Shown: positions 38,885 through 54,058 of the stretch, in pieces
How the letters are laid out: each line of letters starts with the position of its first letter
How positions within the stretch are numbered: the stretch's first letter is position 1
Assembly (NCBI RefSeq): GCF_006345805.1
Contig: NW_021832374.1
Coordinates: 62,001-126,000, forward strand
Origin: Octopus sinensis
Taxonomy: Eukaryota
Length of the DNA stretch: 64,000 bases
Reading direction: 5' to 3'
The notes under the pieces: generated by a model
Database searches by the model: none
Told to the model about the DNA's origin: nothing
The model's input: only the letters and a program-made list of their open reading frames with translations
Program-made: the position numbers and the translations under genes

Positions 38885-40261
38885 TATTTTAAATAATGTT
38901 ATAAGAATTCATTAATCATCTGATCCAGATCGATTGAAGTCAATAGACCGTGTCACGTGAATACAATTGGTATCTTTCTCATTTTTACGTATATTGACTG
39001 CAATATTTTAATTGAATATATTTTCTTATTTTTTCGATTTAGATCTGTTGTCAATCTTTAGAGATGGTACTAACATTTGAATAAACAAATTTAATTTTTT
39101 ATCAAGGAAAATTTAAATTCTACAATTCGGACCGACTTATTCAACAGTAAATGATATTTGAATTTTTTCATGTGAAGGCCAAATTCTCGACAGAGATGTA
39201 ATTCTATACGTATTAGTACTTTAAAAAAAAAATTGGTATTTTATTTATGTAAACCAAAAGAGAAATAGTCATTGGCAGATAGCCAGAGTATTGCCTCTGA
39301 CTATTGCTATAGATATTCTTTCGATTAAATACCGGTGCTCACACGGGTCGCCGGTAACCCTTCCGATTAATGAGGCAATGCGCTGGAGTAGGGTCCGAGT
39401 ACTTTAAATAAAGCAATAAAAGTCGCTACAGGTCGTGTTTTATTGATGAAAGTGAAAACTTTATATTCGAATAATTAAGTATTGATTTATTAAAAAAATC
39501 CAATAAAAATGAATTTTCAATAATTTTAAAAATTTTTTCACATATCTATTTTAAGATAGGGCGAATTCTTTATGAATATATAACTGACGAAAATATCTAA
39601 AATTGATATTTTTACAAGACTGACGATAATAAAAGTTATAATTGAAATTCTTTATATGAAAAAAACAAGTTGAAGTGAAAAAATTTCACAAAGACCACCT
39701 GCCTGGAAACAAATTGTCGGTTCTCTATGAAGCAAAAATAAAAAATTATTCCGTTAGTTTTGACAAAGACATAGAATGAAGGTAGACGACGAAGAGTATG
39801 TCTCCTCGCAATCAAGTTGTGGTGTTGGCATGCCGCGAGAACACTTAGCTGAACAAAATTTTACATAGAAATACAACAGGAAAGTAAGTTTTTGGCAAGC
39901 TCTTTTTTCAAGCAAAGAAAAAATCACTGAAATTCTGGACTCCTAAATAGATAATAGTTAACTATAATTAAGCGATTTGATTTGACATAATATGAAAAAA
40001 ACTATTTTTAATATTTTCAAATGCCATAAAAAACCGACATAATGATTAAGATGTTTTATAGACTTAAAAAAATCGGTTTTATTAAATCAAGTATACAACA
40101 TTTTAACCTTTAAGTTATGATAGAAAATGCGAACTAAGAGATGACCAAATATCGTAGGAAATCAAAAATCAGGCTAGCAGTCGATTTTAAAAAATAATGA
40201 AAAATACCAATTACCAGAAATAATTAGTATATATTAGAAAATTAGCAAATTTCAATCAAAA

Positions 40262-41985
<1,724 letters not shown>

Positions 41986-42239
41986 TTAATCTCCTAAAAA
42001 AAGTACTTAATATAATTTGTAACGATTAAATACCACAGGTGATGCTAATTAAAATTTGAAATTAGGTTTTCCATTTAAAAATATATTACTAATTGAATTA
42101 ATTGAATTTAATAATTAGATTAGTTGATGTTTTAAGATTGTGTAAACATGATTAGGCTGAATAGAAAAATTGAACTTCAAATAGCTTGTGGATAAACGCT
42201 TGCTGGGTTATTTTGAAATCAGCAACAAGCGGTCCATTT

Positions 42240-43600
42240 ATCTGATAAAATTAAATCTATCTTGGACAACGAATCAGTCACCACTCGGCTATTTGCGACC
42301 GATTTACTGTGCGTGGTGGAGGCTTACTAACTCTCGTTAGAACCTGGTTAAATATCCATGATTGTTCATCTCAATTAAAAATTTTTGATGATTCACCGAT
42401 TAAATTCATTGTGATAAAATCACCTACTTTGGTCGGAAACTTGGTTATATATCCCTATCCCTCCATCAGGCCAAAGGACTTTAATCTTACTTTGTCCGAC
42501 TTGGATAATATGGAGAGTCTGATACTGTGTGGCGATATGAATGCAAAGCATTCAACTTAGCTTTTATTATCACAATTTGAACAACCTGTTGTACTGAAAA
42601 ACCCAAAGCAAAACATGAGAATTCCCTAGATGAAAAATAACTCAGTTACCTCCCCAGACATTTCATTCTGTTCACCACAGCTATCTTCATTCATTCATTG
42701 TTCTATTTCTTACGATTTACGAAGTGACCGCAACCCTGTAATATTGAATCTCGACAATATATCCTCCGTCAAAACAAATTGACACCTTGCTTTGAATTCA
42801 ACAACGCTGACTGGACAAGTTTCACAAATTACGTTGACTATGCTTTGACTAACTTTAACATCAATAACTTCAATTCCCTTGATTGTGCCATCTACTACTT
42901 TAACAATGCAATCCTCGACGAAAGAAGACTTTTTGTTCCAAAACGAATAATTAAAAATGAGAGATTCAATCTTAGAATAAGGAAATCAACTGCAATGTAA
43001 GAAGACTACAAGCAAGAAAAGTCACACAACTCAAAACAGGCGTGAGTAAGCAATTATCGCTCTCTCGTTTATGAAAAATGTTGAGAAGTTTTAAAAATTC
43101 GAATTAACCAATGAAAATGTATGGATCATACTCAAACCAAATCTCAACAGACTAATGAAACACTATTGTCATATAAGTCACATTCTACACAAAAAACGTA
43201 GTCGTATTGATCTCAAAGATTAAACCAAAAAAACAAATTTCCTCTTTTCATACCTGATAAAGTCTACGACGTGATCATTCGACTAAAAAATGCACATTCA
43301 TGCGAACCTGACAAAATCCTAACCATTTTAATGAAAAATCTTGGACCTGTGGCCATTATGGCGCTGACAAAATATACACCTACAATACAATCCCAACCAC
43401 ATGAAAAAAATCACAGATCCACCCAATTCTGAAGCCCGGGAAGCCAAAGGACAAGCCTGCCTCATATAGACCCATCTTTCTATTATGCGTGCCATCCAGA
43501 AGCCTGGAGAAACTAATATTAAAACTGATTTAACCATCTCTCTCACTTGTATCGTTTCAATATGGTTTTAAGAAAGTACTATCTACATCAGAGCTTTTCA
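42240..43600 (+). mobile_element. Decayed jockey/I-like LINE (APE endonuclease plus start of RT)
   Basis: RGGGLLTLVR..LILCGDMNAKH, SPDISFCS, and later PGKPK..YRPI.LL. Confidence 0.8.
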
Positions 43601-43639
43601 AAAAATAATTCTCACGGCACACTAATCTTAAAAAAATCC

Positions 43640-44654
43640 ACGGCACACATTAAAAATAAAAAAAATAAATTTTTAAGATATGTAAAACTAATTAAGACTT
43701 AATTCGAATGGTTGACAAAGCCACCCGCATTTCAGCATCAATGTTTCTCAAACTTTCGCGTTTGTTATATTTCATATTATGCAGCTTAGAAAAACCTGCT
43801 TCGCCTAAATAGGTCGTTGAAAACTGTAAAATTATGGTCAGTGCTTGTTTTGATAAACTGGGATATATGTTTTGAATATATATCCAGAATTCTCAAATGT
43901 CTAACTCCGTCATCTTTAATCTTAAGGATCGATCATAAAATAGCGAAATAACTTCTTCATTTTCTTTAATAGACAAGTTTTTTGATTCAGGTTATCTGAC
44001 AAAGGTATCTTCATTATTTTTTGTTCATATTTATCACCAAACATAGTTCGAGCAATAATACGACTATCAAGTTTTCGCCAATTGTGTGAGGTTTTAGTTG
44101 TTTTGCTATCAATTCTGAAATCAGTTATGAACATTTTAATGATCCCTTTGTGTTTACAAAAGTTTCATTGAACATCATTTGACTAGATCTACGATACATA
44201 GTAAAAACTAAATAATACTTGTATTGTTTTTTAAAATGGATAAAATAATCCACAGATTTTTCGGAATAGTCCGGATGCTTGGAAGTAAAATGTCTCTTTA
44301 GTTTGCTAGGAACCATAGCATCATTTGCCAAGACTTCCATGAAAATTAAACATTGAGGTAGTTTATTTTTATCATTGCATATAAATCCAAATGACAAATA
44401 AGAATTTTTATAAGAACGACGAACTGATTTACCCATAAGCACGTTGATACGCACGTTATTAAAAAATTAATAAATAATGGCTAACCATGTAATTGTCATT
44501 TAATATATAATAAAAAAATGATTATTTTAATTTTAGTAATTATTTTAATTTGTTTATCTTTTTGAATTAATTTGGAGAAAAAAATTGTTCAAATTTGTAT
44601 TTGTCAGGCGGCACACTAGAAATCGTCTCGCGGCACACCGTTTGACAACCTCTG
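43640..44654 (-). mobile_element. hAT (ZBED5/SCAND3, Buster-type) 5' part
   Basis: ORF 44125-44454 RRSYKNSYLSFGF..PQCLI..LANDAMVPSKLKRHFTSKHP; terminus cagaggttgtcaaac with subterminal gtgtgccgc repeats. Confidence 0.85.
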
Positions 44655-45907
44655 ATCTACATCCTCATATCTGAAAAAACTCTAACTTTATTTACGAAGG
44701 CTTTAAAACAAAGTCTAACACAGTGGTTCACAACCTTTATTTTTGTATCGCCCCCTTGGAATTTTTTTCGCCCCTCCAATTTTTATATCGCCCCCTTATT
44801 TCATTAGTAAAAATTTTAATTTAAAAAATAAGAGTTTTAATGAGATCCTTGTGGTTGATGAAGATTGACAAGTTTTTCAAAATTTGTACTTCTTTTCGTA
44901 AGTGTAATTCTAATGTCGCCTCTTTCTTCTATATTTAGTTTGTTTCTTTTTTTCCGATCATACTATTCAGAGTGCTGAATCCTCTCTCTACGCAGTATGA
45001 CGTAGGAAAACATAATATTATTGGCATCATTTTTTCCCATAATTTCGGGAATTTCATTTTTATAGATTTTTTTCTCCTCAGAATTGTGTCAGGTTTTCAT
45101 TTTTAAATTTTATTTTCAGTTCTTCGTCGTTTTTTAGTTCTTTAATTCTTCTTGACATTCATCATCAGAATCATAATGAATGGGCAACCAAGGATTAATC
45201 ATCCAATCAGAAAAGTTTAAATTAATTAAATCTTCAAATCTTTTTTCAAATCTTGTTCCAAAGATTCTAAATGAAATTCATAAATTTTCAGATCGTTGTC
45301 ATCAAAAGTGTGGTCACAAAAATCGAATTTTCCAAATTTTCTATTACTTAAATTAAATTTGTAAAATTGAATTTTTCAATGAATGTATTTATAAATCGTT
45401 TGCAATCAATTAAATTAACATAATCTCCTTGTAAAGCCAATGAAACTTCATTTAATTTTTTAAAAATCCAATTTAAATAAAAAATATTTTTTCTATGAAT
45501 TTTGCAGGAATTAAACAATTTAAATTCTTCTTGTAATCTTAAAAAATCAACAATTGCACCAAATAATATCACAAATCTTTCAAGACAATTTCCCTTGGAT
45601 AACCATCTTACTTCGGTATGTAAAAGTAACCTAACATAATCTTCATTTTGATTAGTGCAGTATTCACGAAAAATACGATCGTACTTGCGTTTCTTTTAAT
45701 TTTATTGATAACTTTGATAACAATTTGCATTGATGCATTCAATTCTTCAGATAATTTTTTTGCAATTAAATATATTCATCTTTATACATTCTGACTTTTT
45801 TTTGAACACGACCCATAAAGATAACTAGAAATCACGCTTAGAAATTTAAATAAAATATAATAAAAATATCATATTATTAATAAATATTATTAGACTCGAT
45901 TATATAT

Positions 45908-46954
45908 TGTGACCGGTTTCTGAGCGGACCCGGTTTTTGGGAGGACCAGGTGCGTATATTAAAATAAAAAATGGATAAAATAATTTATTTTCATTAGAAA
46001 ATAAAAATTGGTTTTATTTTTTATTATATTATTGTAATAATTAATTAATTAAATTCAACATAAAAAATGGGTTTCGTTGTACTTTCAAAAGCAAATCTTC
46101 AAAAAATTTAAAAAATCAAAGAGTTGAGGGATCTAGATGAAGTGATTGAAAAAGAGAAAAGCATAGATTTAGAATTCACGCAAAAAAATCTGAATTCTCT
46201 GACGGAAAGGCATTTGTTCGAAAAAACAATTGCTTACTCAGATTTTTTTGTATAGAAGAGAAAGAACTAAAACTAACAATGATTGAGGTTATTTATAAAT
46301 CTCCTTATGTTCATTAAACTGATATCGAAGAATTCTTTTTGGTTATAATAATTATGTTATAAATGAAAATTTTAGAAGGCACATAATTATAATCATTTTG
46401 GCAGAGATAGAATGATTAGTCAGCTGTCAGAAAAAATTTACGGTGTTACTCGAAATGAGATTGAAATGTTATTAAAAACTGTGTTTTTTGTCAGGTATAA
46501 TAATTAAAATAAGGCGATTAGTCAAAGAGATTAATGGCAACAAATTGGAGATTTCGACTGGATTTGGAAACGCCGAGGGGGCACCTAATGCTCACCGAAA
46601 AAGGACCAATAGCTCTCCTACCCCCTGGGACATCGTCGTCGCAGGACGATGCACTTTGCATAGGATTGAACCTTTCCGGAGGATCTCCGTCAAAGTGCGT
46701 CGGGATCACATGCTAATTAGTTCGGTCTTAACTGTGGTCTTGGTGTTTAATAAATAAATAAATAAAATAAAATAAAAAGCACTTTAGAAGGGTATGTTGG
46801 TTTTGTGAGCAATGATAAAATCAGAAACAGCTTAAGAAATTATTTAAACGTGGTCTAATTTATTGTATAACTATTTTCAGGATAAAATAAAACGATTTAT
46901 ACAATTTTTTGTGTGGTCCTTCCAAAAACCGGGTCCGCTCTAAAACCGGTGACA
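45908..46954 (+). mobile_element. Ginger-like non-autonomous DNA transposon C
   Basis: TGT...ACA ends, about 40-bp TIRs (tgtgaccggtttctgagcggacccggtttttgggaggacc / tgtcaccggttttagagcggacccggtttttggaaggacc), 5-bp TSD tatat, and an integrase zinc-finger remnant HNYNHFGRDRM..(frameshift)CVFC. Confidence 0.8.
46505..46780 (+). mobile_element. GC-rich retroposed insert with (AATA)n tail (LINE 3' end or SINE)
   Basis: Abrupt rise in GC that interrupts the integrase remnant just after CVFCQ and ends in aataaataaataaataaaataaaataaaa. Confidence 0.55.
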
Positions 46955-48269
46955 TATATCTTTATTTTTTCAATGATTATCGACTTCTAACATAAGATTT
47001 TAATTTTTCAAACATTAGCAATCAGCCATCGCCCCCCTGGCAGAAAAAATCGCCCCTAGGGGGCGAATCGCACACCGTTGAGAACCACTGGTCTAACATA
47101 TGTAAAAGACCACTCTTCTACAAGCGCTTCAAATGGAATGTTTGGAGAATATCATGCAAATATTAAAAGAATTGTCTACGAATACAATAATTATAAACAT
47201 GACACTACGAAGCATATTCCATTTAACATTTTTAGGGGAGTGGGATATGAAAAAAAATTAGATGATAAGATTATGCAGTCTTTATTGGCTTTTACTGGTA
47301 ATTATGAAATTATTTTACGATAAGGAGAAAATGAATACGAAGAAGTAGATTTTGTGTATCAAGAAAGCGAAGAACTGAATAAAATGCAAGAAGACGTACT
47401 TAACAATTTGCAAAGTGCGGGCGAAAAAATGAAAAAAAGGAGAAGATGGAGATTTGATGAAGAGGAAATATCAGTTGGAGATTACGCACTTTTACGGATG
47501 GATCAAGATATAAATGAAAACACAGGAAAATATCCTCTGTATGACCAGATAGATACATCTGCATATAGAGTGATAAAACAGGACGGAGGCACATTAGACT
47601 TAGAAAATGAGGAGGGGGATATTATTGAGAAAGTACATTTTAGTCGGCTAAGGAAATTAAAAAAATAATTTTTAATATTTTAAAATTGTTTCTCTAAATA
47701 CGGAATTGCTAAGTTTTATAGATTTATCATATTTAGTTCTCTTTTCAATAAAACTATTGATAGTGTCAATATTTTGTGAATGAGTTTTTTCCTTATGTAT
47801 TTTTAATTGTGACATTTTCAGAGAGTTGTTTTCCATTATGACGTCGCATATCTGCGTTTTATCGACGTTGTCAGATCCACTATATTGGGTAAAATTCATA
47901 TTGGACATAAAAATCGTTCCATTTTCAATTAACCAAATAATACAAAAATTGGTCATAAATATTAATCGACCCAAAAATATTTTTGGGGCCACGTAAAATT
48001 TTTGGGGACCACATTAATAAACACTGTTCTATACGGACTGTAGTCATATAAAATTTGTAGATTGTTTCTTGTGTCTATTTCTATCTTTAAGAAGCAAGCA
48101 AAGATATGAGCTTATAGAATACATATGAAAATTGAGAACTCTTAATAGATTTAAATTTTCCGGATCAACAATTTTTTAACAGATAAAAAATTGAAATTAT
48201 CAATTTGTGAATTTTAGAAAGCCAATGCCTAGAAAATCAAAGTGAAAAGATTAGAATTTAAAAGGATAT

Positions 48270-49380
48270 ACAGTCGGGTCATAAGGATAAAATGATTTGT
48301 GAAGGATTTAACATTTCAAAAGGAATGCTATACTAAAAAAGAAAAGAGAAGGAATCCTAGCTCAAGGCTACACAACATCCAAAGTGATAATTAGATACGA
48401 ATTGAATGCCCAGGTTTATAAGATTTTTCGTTATCTCAGTTCAAAAGGTTTCCCAATCAATTGGCCCAACCTTACAGCTTATTACAAGTAAAATTGCATA
48501 TAGAAACTGCAATCATGATTTCACTGTTTCTAATGGATGACTTTACAGATTCAAGAAACAATTCGACATAAAATTCAGACTTTTACATGGAGAATCACGA
48601 TAAGCTGATAAAGGATGTGCGGAAAACTTTTGATCGACTTTCAATGATTTGCTTGAAAACTATGGCGGAAAAAAACATTTTCAATTGTGATAAAACTTTA
48701 TTATTTTATAAAGCTGTTTCCAAAAGAGTTTTGTTAAAAGAAATGAGTCACAAATAGGACATAAAATAAGAAAAGAACGTATGACACCTCTTTTGTGTTG
48801 CAGTTAAACAGGAGAAAAATATAAACCGCTTATAATTGGGATTACGAAGTCACCAAGAGTATTAAAAGATGTGAATCTGAAGAAATCGGCATTGAATATG
48901 ATGATTCATGCAAAGCCTGGATGACAAAAAATATGTTTAAAAATTGGTTATCTCGATTTAACAAAAAAATAAGAGAGAAAAGAAGCAAAATAGGATGCTA
49001 TTTCATGTCCGAAATTTGCATGGGACGAGATTACAGACACTTCAATACAATATTGATTTAAAAAGCTTTGGAATATGACTGCAGCGAACTTGAACATTTG
49101 GATGATCAATAAATTATAAATAATGCGGAATGCGCATTCACAATGCTGCTAAATGTTATTCAGCAAGAGACTCCGGAAAATGTACTTGATCTATTCAGAT
49201 TCAAAGCAGATGTAAAAACAAAAAATATGATTAAAATTAATTGATTTTGTATTAAAAAATAAAAATTGTAGTTCTTGGTTATATTATTAAAGTAAGAAAT
49301 CGAACAGGATAGACCTAAATTTAAGGAAAACTCTCTTTTTGAGGAAAAACCTCTAAACTGAGATTTTCGTTTACGGAATC
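48270..49380 (+). mobile_element. Decayed pogo/Tigger transposase
   Basis: DFTVSNG.L.RFKK..LLHGES; KERMT.LLCCS.TGEKYKPLIIG..SPR..KAWMTKNMFKNWL..FNKKI. Confidence 0.85.
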
Positions 49381-49549
49381 ATGAAATGAATTTGAACAAA
49401 TTCTTAAGCTTCTGTAAATAATCAAAAATGATCAAGATTGTCGTTAACTTTAAAATGACTTTAAGCACAATAACATCGGGAATGAACGATGTAATTCAAA
49501 CTGATTAGAAAATAAAAAAATTATTTTTTCTCATCAATTTATGAATTGG

Positions 49550-49650
49550 AAAGAAGTCCAATGACCACTGGGAAACCAGTTTGCTGTACCAGGGGGTATC
49601 TATAGCAATCTTGCGAGGTAACTTGTTTGCGGCCACTGGCGAATTCTAAT
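49550..49650 (+). mobile_element. Very short CRE-clade 3' end
   Basis: LYQGVSIAILRGNLFAA* matches LERLSIAVIRGNVFA at 60130-60180. Confidence 0.6.
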
Positions 49651-51209
49651 TTCCTTCTTTTAAAATAATTTTTTAATTTCACTATCAAAGTGTTTAAAAA
49701 TTTTATGAATTTTGTACTCTTGTTAAATAAAAATATAATAAAAATATTCTTGATAAAATAAAAAAGTTATCACTTAAATTAAATTAAAAAATAAATAATA
49801 AAATTAATGAGAAAACCAAAAACGAGAGACCCTATTCCTCAATTCGGATTAATTAGCATTACTAATGTGTTCTCTTGTTCTTGCACAATTGTGTGGCTGA
49901 CACTTGTGTAGTTTAGGCACTTACGTGTTTCGAAAATATCGAAATGTTCATATTAATGAGAAAACCACAAATATTTCATGGTCAGACAAAAAATTTCTTG
50001 TCTGGAAGGCTACTTGGTCTAAGCTTTCTCTTATGAACCTCGTTTTGTTGACATAACGCCCACGATTTGCAATTTTCAATGCCAAGGAATTTTAAAAAGT
50101 CTAGTATCCTGTTGTTTCGCTGTGATAAATTATCTGAATTCGTCTATATCTAGAGAGAAAAACATTGTGGTTTCTCGATAGATTTATCTAGTAATCTACA
50201 ATTCAAAATTTTAAATTCTTCTATTACAACAAATATTTTATTATTTAGATTATATAAGTGTACCAATATTTTTAAAAAAATTTGGCAAATAAATATTGCG
50301 GTTTAGATTAGACGATACATGTTATTCATTATTTTTATTTCTGAATGATCAATAAGACAGGCGACAAATTTGACATTTCCATTAAAGCAATTAGTAAAGA
50401 AATTGTCCTTCATCATACATATAGTAATATATTTTAATTCTTAATCCAATGAAAATATCGAGTTTTTTTCATGTTTATCTAACAAGCTATTTTGAAGTGG
50501 TAAAAAGTCAATTAGATAAAAATTATTTAAAGAACACTCGGGTGTCAGTTTGATTGTCATTTCTCAACTTTAAGTGATTTTGGCATAATCATAATATTAA
50601 TGTTACTTTGATCTCATCTATAAATTAAAAAAACTAAAACGAATAGTGCCAATTTTAAATTTATAACTGAAACTAATTTTTTTTAATTTGAGATTACTTG
50701 ACATTAATATAAACGCTTTACGTTGAGTTAATAATCAATTTGCGCATTGTGTATCTATAATTTTTAGAACGCCGTATTTTGAATCATATTTTTAATATGG
50801 ATTTGACAGGAAATTTTTTACATAAGGTTTCACATTTTGCTAGCGCTATTACAATAAGTGATGATTTTTACTTCAAATTAATACATGATTTTAAATATTA
50901 TATAACACAAATTAGTGCGATTATAATCTCAATAAAAATGTGGTTTATCAATATTGTTTTATCGAATGCTTAATCGTCGCCTTACATGTAGACAAAAAGT
51001 ACTTTATTAGATAAAATTTTGTAAAAATAGTTTCATTTTTTAATAAAATCTTTGCTTGAAAAGTGAAATATAGTTAAATACTATAGTTTAGTAAATTTTT
51101 AAAACTTATATTAACAACTCAACACTAAAATTAAGTTTTAACTGCTTTTTTAGGTCTGATATCAATTTTAAATTTAAACTTGCTTTTATAATAACTATTT
51201 AAGAACTTT

Positions 51210-52295
51210 ATGAACTTATGTTCGCTTTGTACTTGCTCAAAATTCGTATGTAAATCTCCTTTGAGTCGTGAATGTTATTCTTGTCATCATTTCTTGATCT
51301 GTCATGGTATGAATTAGATGTTGAATTTGACTTTGTAGTAAAATCTAGTCAATGTCAATTATCTCAAATTTATATTGGAATTTTTGAAGCTATTTTATAT
51401 ATGAATTGTCAAATTCCAACGTCTTTGCAACATTTTTGTCGATTAGTTACCACACTCCTTCCAGGAAATCAACTCTGTGAAAAACTCAATATTTTGGGCT
51501 GGACTTTGGAGAATTTTAATAGATATTCTAAAGTAATTTTATAGGTTATAATAATTTTAGAATAGCGAAAAATCCCAAATAACCTTAATATCAAAAGAAG
51601 AAGAACATTTTATTTTATTAAAAATTCAAAAACTTTATACCGATCATAGCCAAACGTATACATCAAAACAGCACAAACCGGATGATTCTAGAAATATTCA
51701 AAATGCAAAATTCAACGTTGAAAATTTACATAAAAGCAATTTTCCCACTTTTGAAATGTTTGTATACTCTATCTTTCAACATCAATGTGAGCTTTATATG
51801 AGTCAATTATATGAGATTTTTGCCAAGCAAATGCAAAATGTTGTAATACAAAAAACATTTTCACAAGAGCAGTTAATCAATAGTTACAATAAAAACTTTA
51901 ATCGTTCAAATGATACGAATACATCCGGATCGGTCATTCCGATAATAACCAAAACCAAAAAAAACTTCTCGTTTCAAGAAAATTTTTACGGAGGTATTAT
52001 AACTGAACAAAACGGAAAGAAACGAGTTCTCTGTAGTAAGTGCAGAAAGACATTTTGTGACAGAGGAGCTCTAAAAATACATGTCAGTGCAGTGCATTTA
52101 TGCGAATCTCATTTCTGTACTGTACCTGGCTGTAAAATGAGCTTTTCTTCTAAGAGAAGTCGAAATAGGCATAGTGCTAATAAGAATCCTAAATTGCATT
52201 GTTCAACAAGGTTTTCAACTAAAAAGTCGGAAATCTCTCCAAAAGATATTACAACAATGACTTCAAAATCAGATATATCTTATCAAAAAATTTAA
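51210..52295 (+). CDS. BNC: Basonuclin/disconnected-family zinc-finger protein, 3 exons
   Basis: Exon 1 [20 protein letters not shown]....H is the BNC N-terminal Cys/His motif. Exon 2 [22 protein letters not shown] (cf. LHALDWTLQDYIR). Exon 3 has the C2H2 pair [56 protein letters not shown]. Confidence 0.92.
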
Positions 52296-54058
52296 TCATC
52301 TATATTTCTAACATTACATACTAATGAACTTGTTTTATTTTTATTGTCAAAAATTGATTTGTTTTAGTCCAATTTTTTTTCAATTTGTTTTCCAATATTA
52401 TTTTCTCAGCAGAAAAGGTCTTATTGTAACTAAAAATAAAACCGTGAAATAGACTGGATGAATACTTATATTGTAATTATAGACAACTGAATCAAGGCTC
52501 GTAAATCGTGATTTATTTAAAAATAGTCTTTTTTGTAATCAGCGTGTTAACAATTGATTACACTTTACAATTTAAGCCTGTGATTGAGAGTGCCTTGGGA
52601 TATTAAACCCCCATAAAACTTTAATATGGCAAAATTGACTGAATGAATATTTCTATTGTATTGTGAAATAGACTACCTCTTTCGAATTAGTCATTCTGGA
52701 AACCAAAATTTAGAAAAAATATCAAATACGTTAAAATTATGTTTGAGGTCATGATTTCTTTCAAACAAGCGACTAAAATCTACCATATCGATCTTGAAAT
52801 GCTCTCTTAAAGATTTCGCTTTAATTTCCATAAAAGAAATGTGTGCTTTTAACGGCTGACTTTGAAGAAACTCCATACATTCACCACAAGCTTTTCGGAT
52901 TATAGATCTCTGATATTTTCAGAGTATTCTCTTAATTTTTTTAATCCACAATGCGTTTTCAAAAGTAAATTCAGACATTTAATTTATCGTTTTTAAATCA
53001 TCCTGATAAATTACAATTTTTTGTTTTGTCGTGGTTATTAGCTTAGATAATTTTAGTAAGAAACATTTTGTCTTATTTAGAAATCTTGACTTCTTTATTT
53101 TAGTTAAACATCCATCAATCTTATTGCTTTCTAATCACCAATATTTTTATACTCTTCAATAGTTGGTACTAAATTTTTATGCAGAATTTTTAATGAAAAC
53201 AACAATGTCTGAATATCAAGTTCGAAATCTAGATTAAAAATGTAACAGAATAGAATATGTAAAAAATATCTCACTACAATCATTAATCCTAAAAAAACTA
53301 CAAAAACTATAAAAGCTTGTTTATAGATAGACTATACACTTAAAACATCTCGATTGGAATTTTTTTCTACTGTAATTGAGGTCTAGGAGCAACTCAAATT
53401 TATATAATTATAATACTGAGTTTCTACGGACTAGATAATTTCAAAATTTCGCTAAAAAACGATTTAGCCCTTTTTTCGAACATCAAACTTAAGGGTTTGT
53501 ACAAATAATTGACTTTAATGCTCTACTATAACAAAAATGGGTTTTAAATCGAATTCAGTTATTAAATCAGTAAAATAAATTAAAGAAAATGACTATTTTC
53601 GAATTTTTGGGAATGATTATGAAGACATAACGTGCTATATGTACTAACACTGAAGCCAAGAAAGCAAAGTAAAAGAGACGCCCGATTTTCCAAAATAGTT
53701 TGCCTTGAGATTAATCCGAATATTGGAACCAATCTTGAGTTCCATTTAAGAAATGTCCTATGATCGAATTAATTAAAGATTTTATAATAAACATTATCAA
53801 CGTGGATCACTTAGCAAAATACAGATAATTTTATTACTTAATTTATAAGTAAAAGACTAAAATGTTAATTCTTTGATTTAACATTGATAACAACTGTAAC
53901 TTTTTCACTCTCTGCTCGCCACATAATATATACATTTTTTTTAATTAACTATATTATTTAAATATATTTTTAATTTAATTATCAAATAAATTATTATTGC
54001 TTTGTTACACCTTTAAAAAACATTTTAAACATTTTGTTGCATTAAAACTTTCTGAAAT

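Larger units (their letters stand above)
44721..47090 (-). mobile_element. hAT element with ZBED5/SCAND3-like transposase remnant, containing nested insertions
   Basis: TIRs cagtggttcacaac / cagtggttctcaac (13/14) and an 8-bp TSD gtctaaca (44713-44720, 47091-47098); LLLHTEVRWLSKG and LNEVSLALQG on the minus strand. Confidence 0.95.
44655..48013 (+). mobile_element. Ginger-like (integrase-type) element remnant D, split by the hAT at 44721-47090; only the right end is visible
   Basis: The frame LTLFTKALKQSLT|YVKDH.. continues across the hAT into IKRIVYEYNNYKHDTTKHIPFNIFRG (integrase post-catalytic pattern) and ISVGDYALL..VHFSRLR. The element ends ...ggggaccaca at 48013. Confidence 0.6.
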
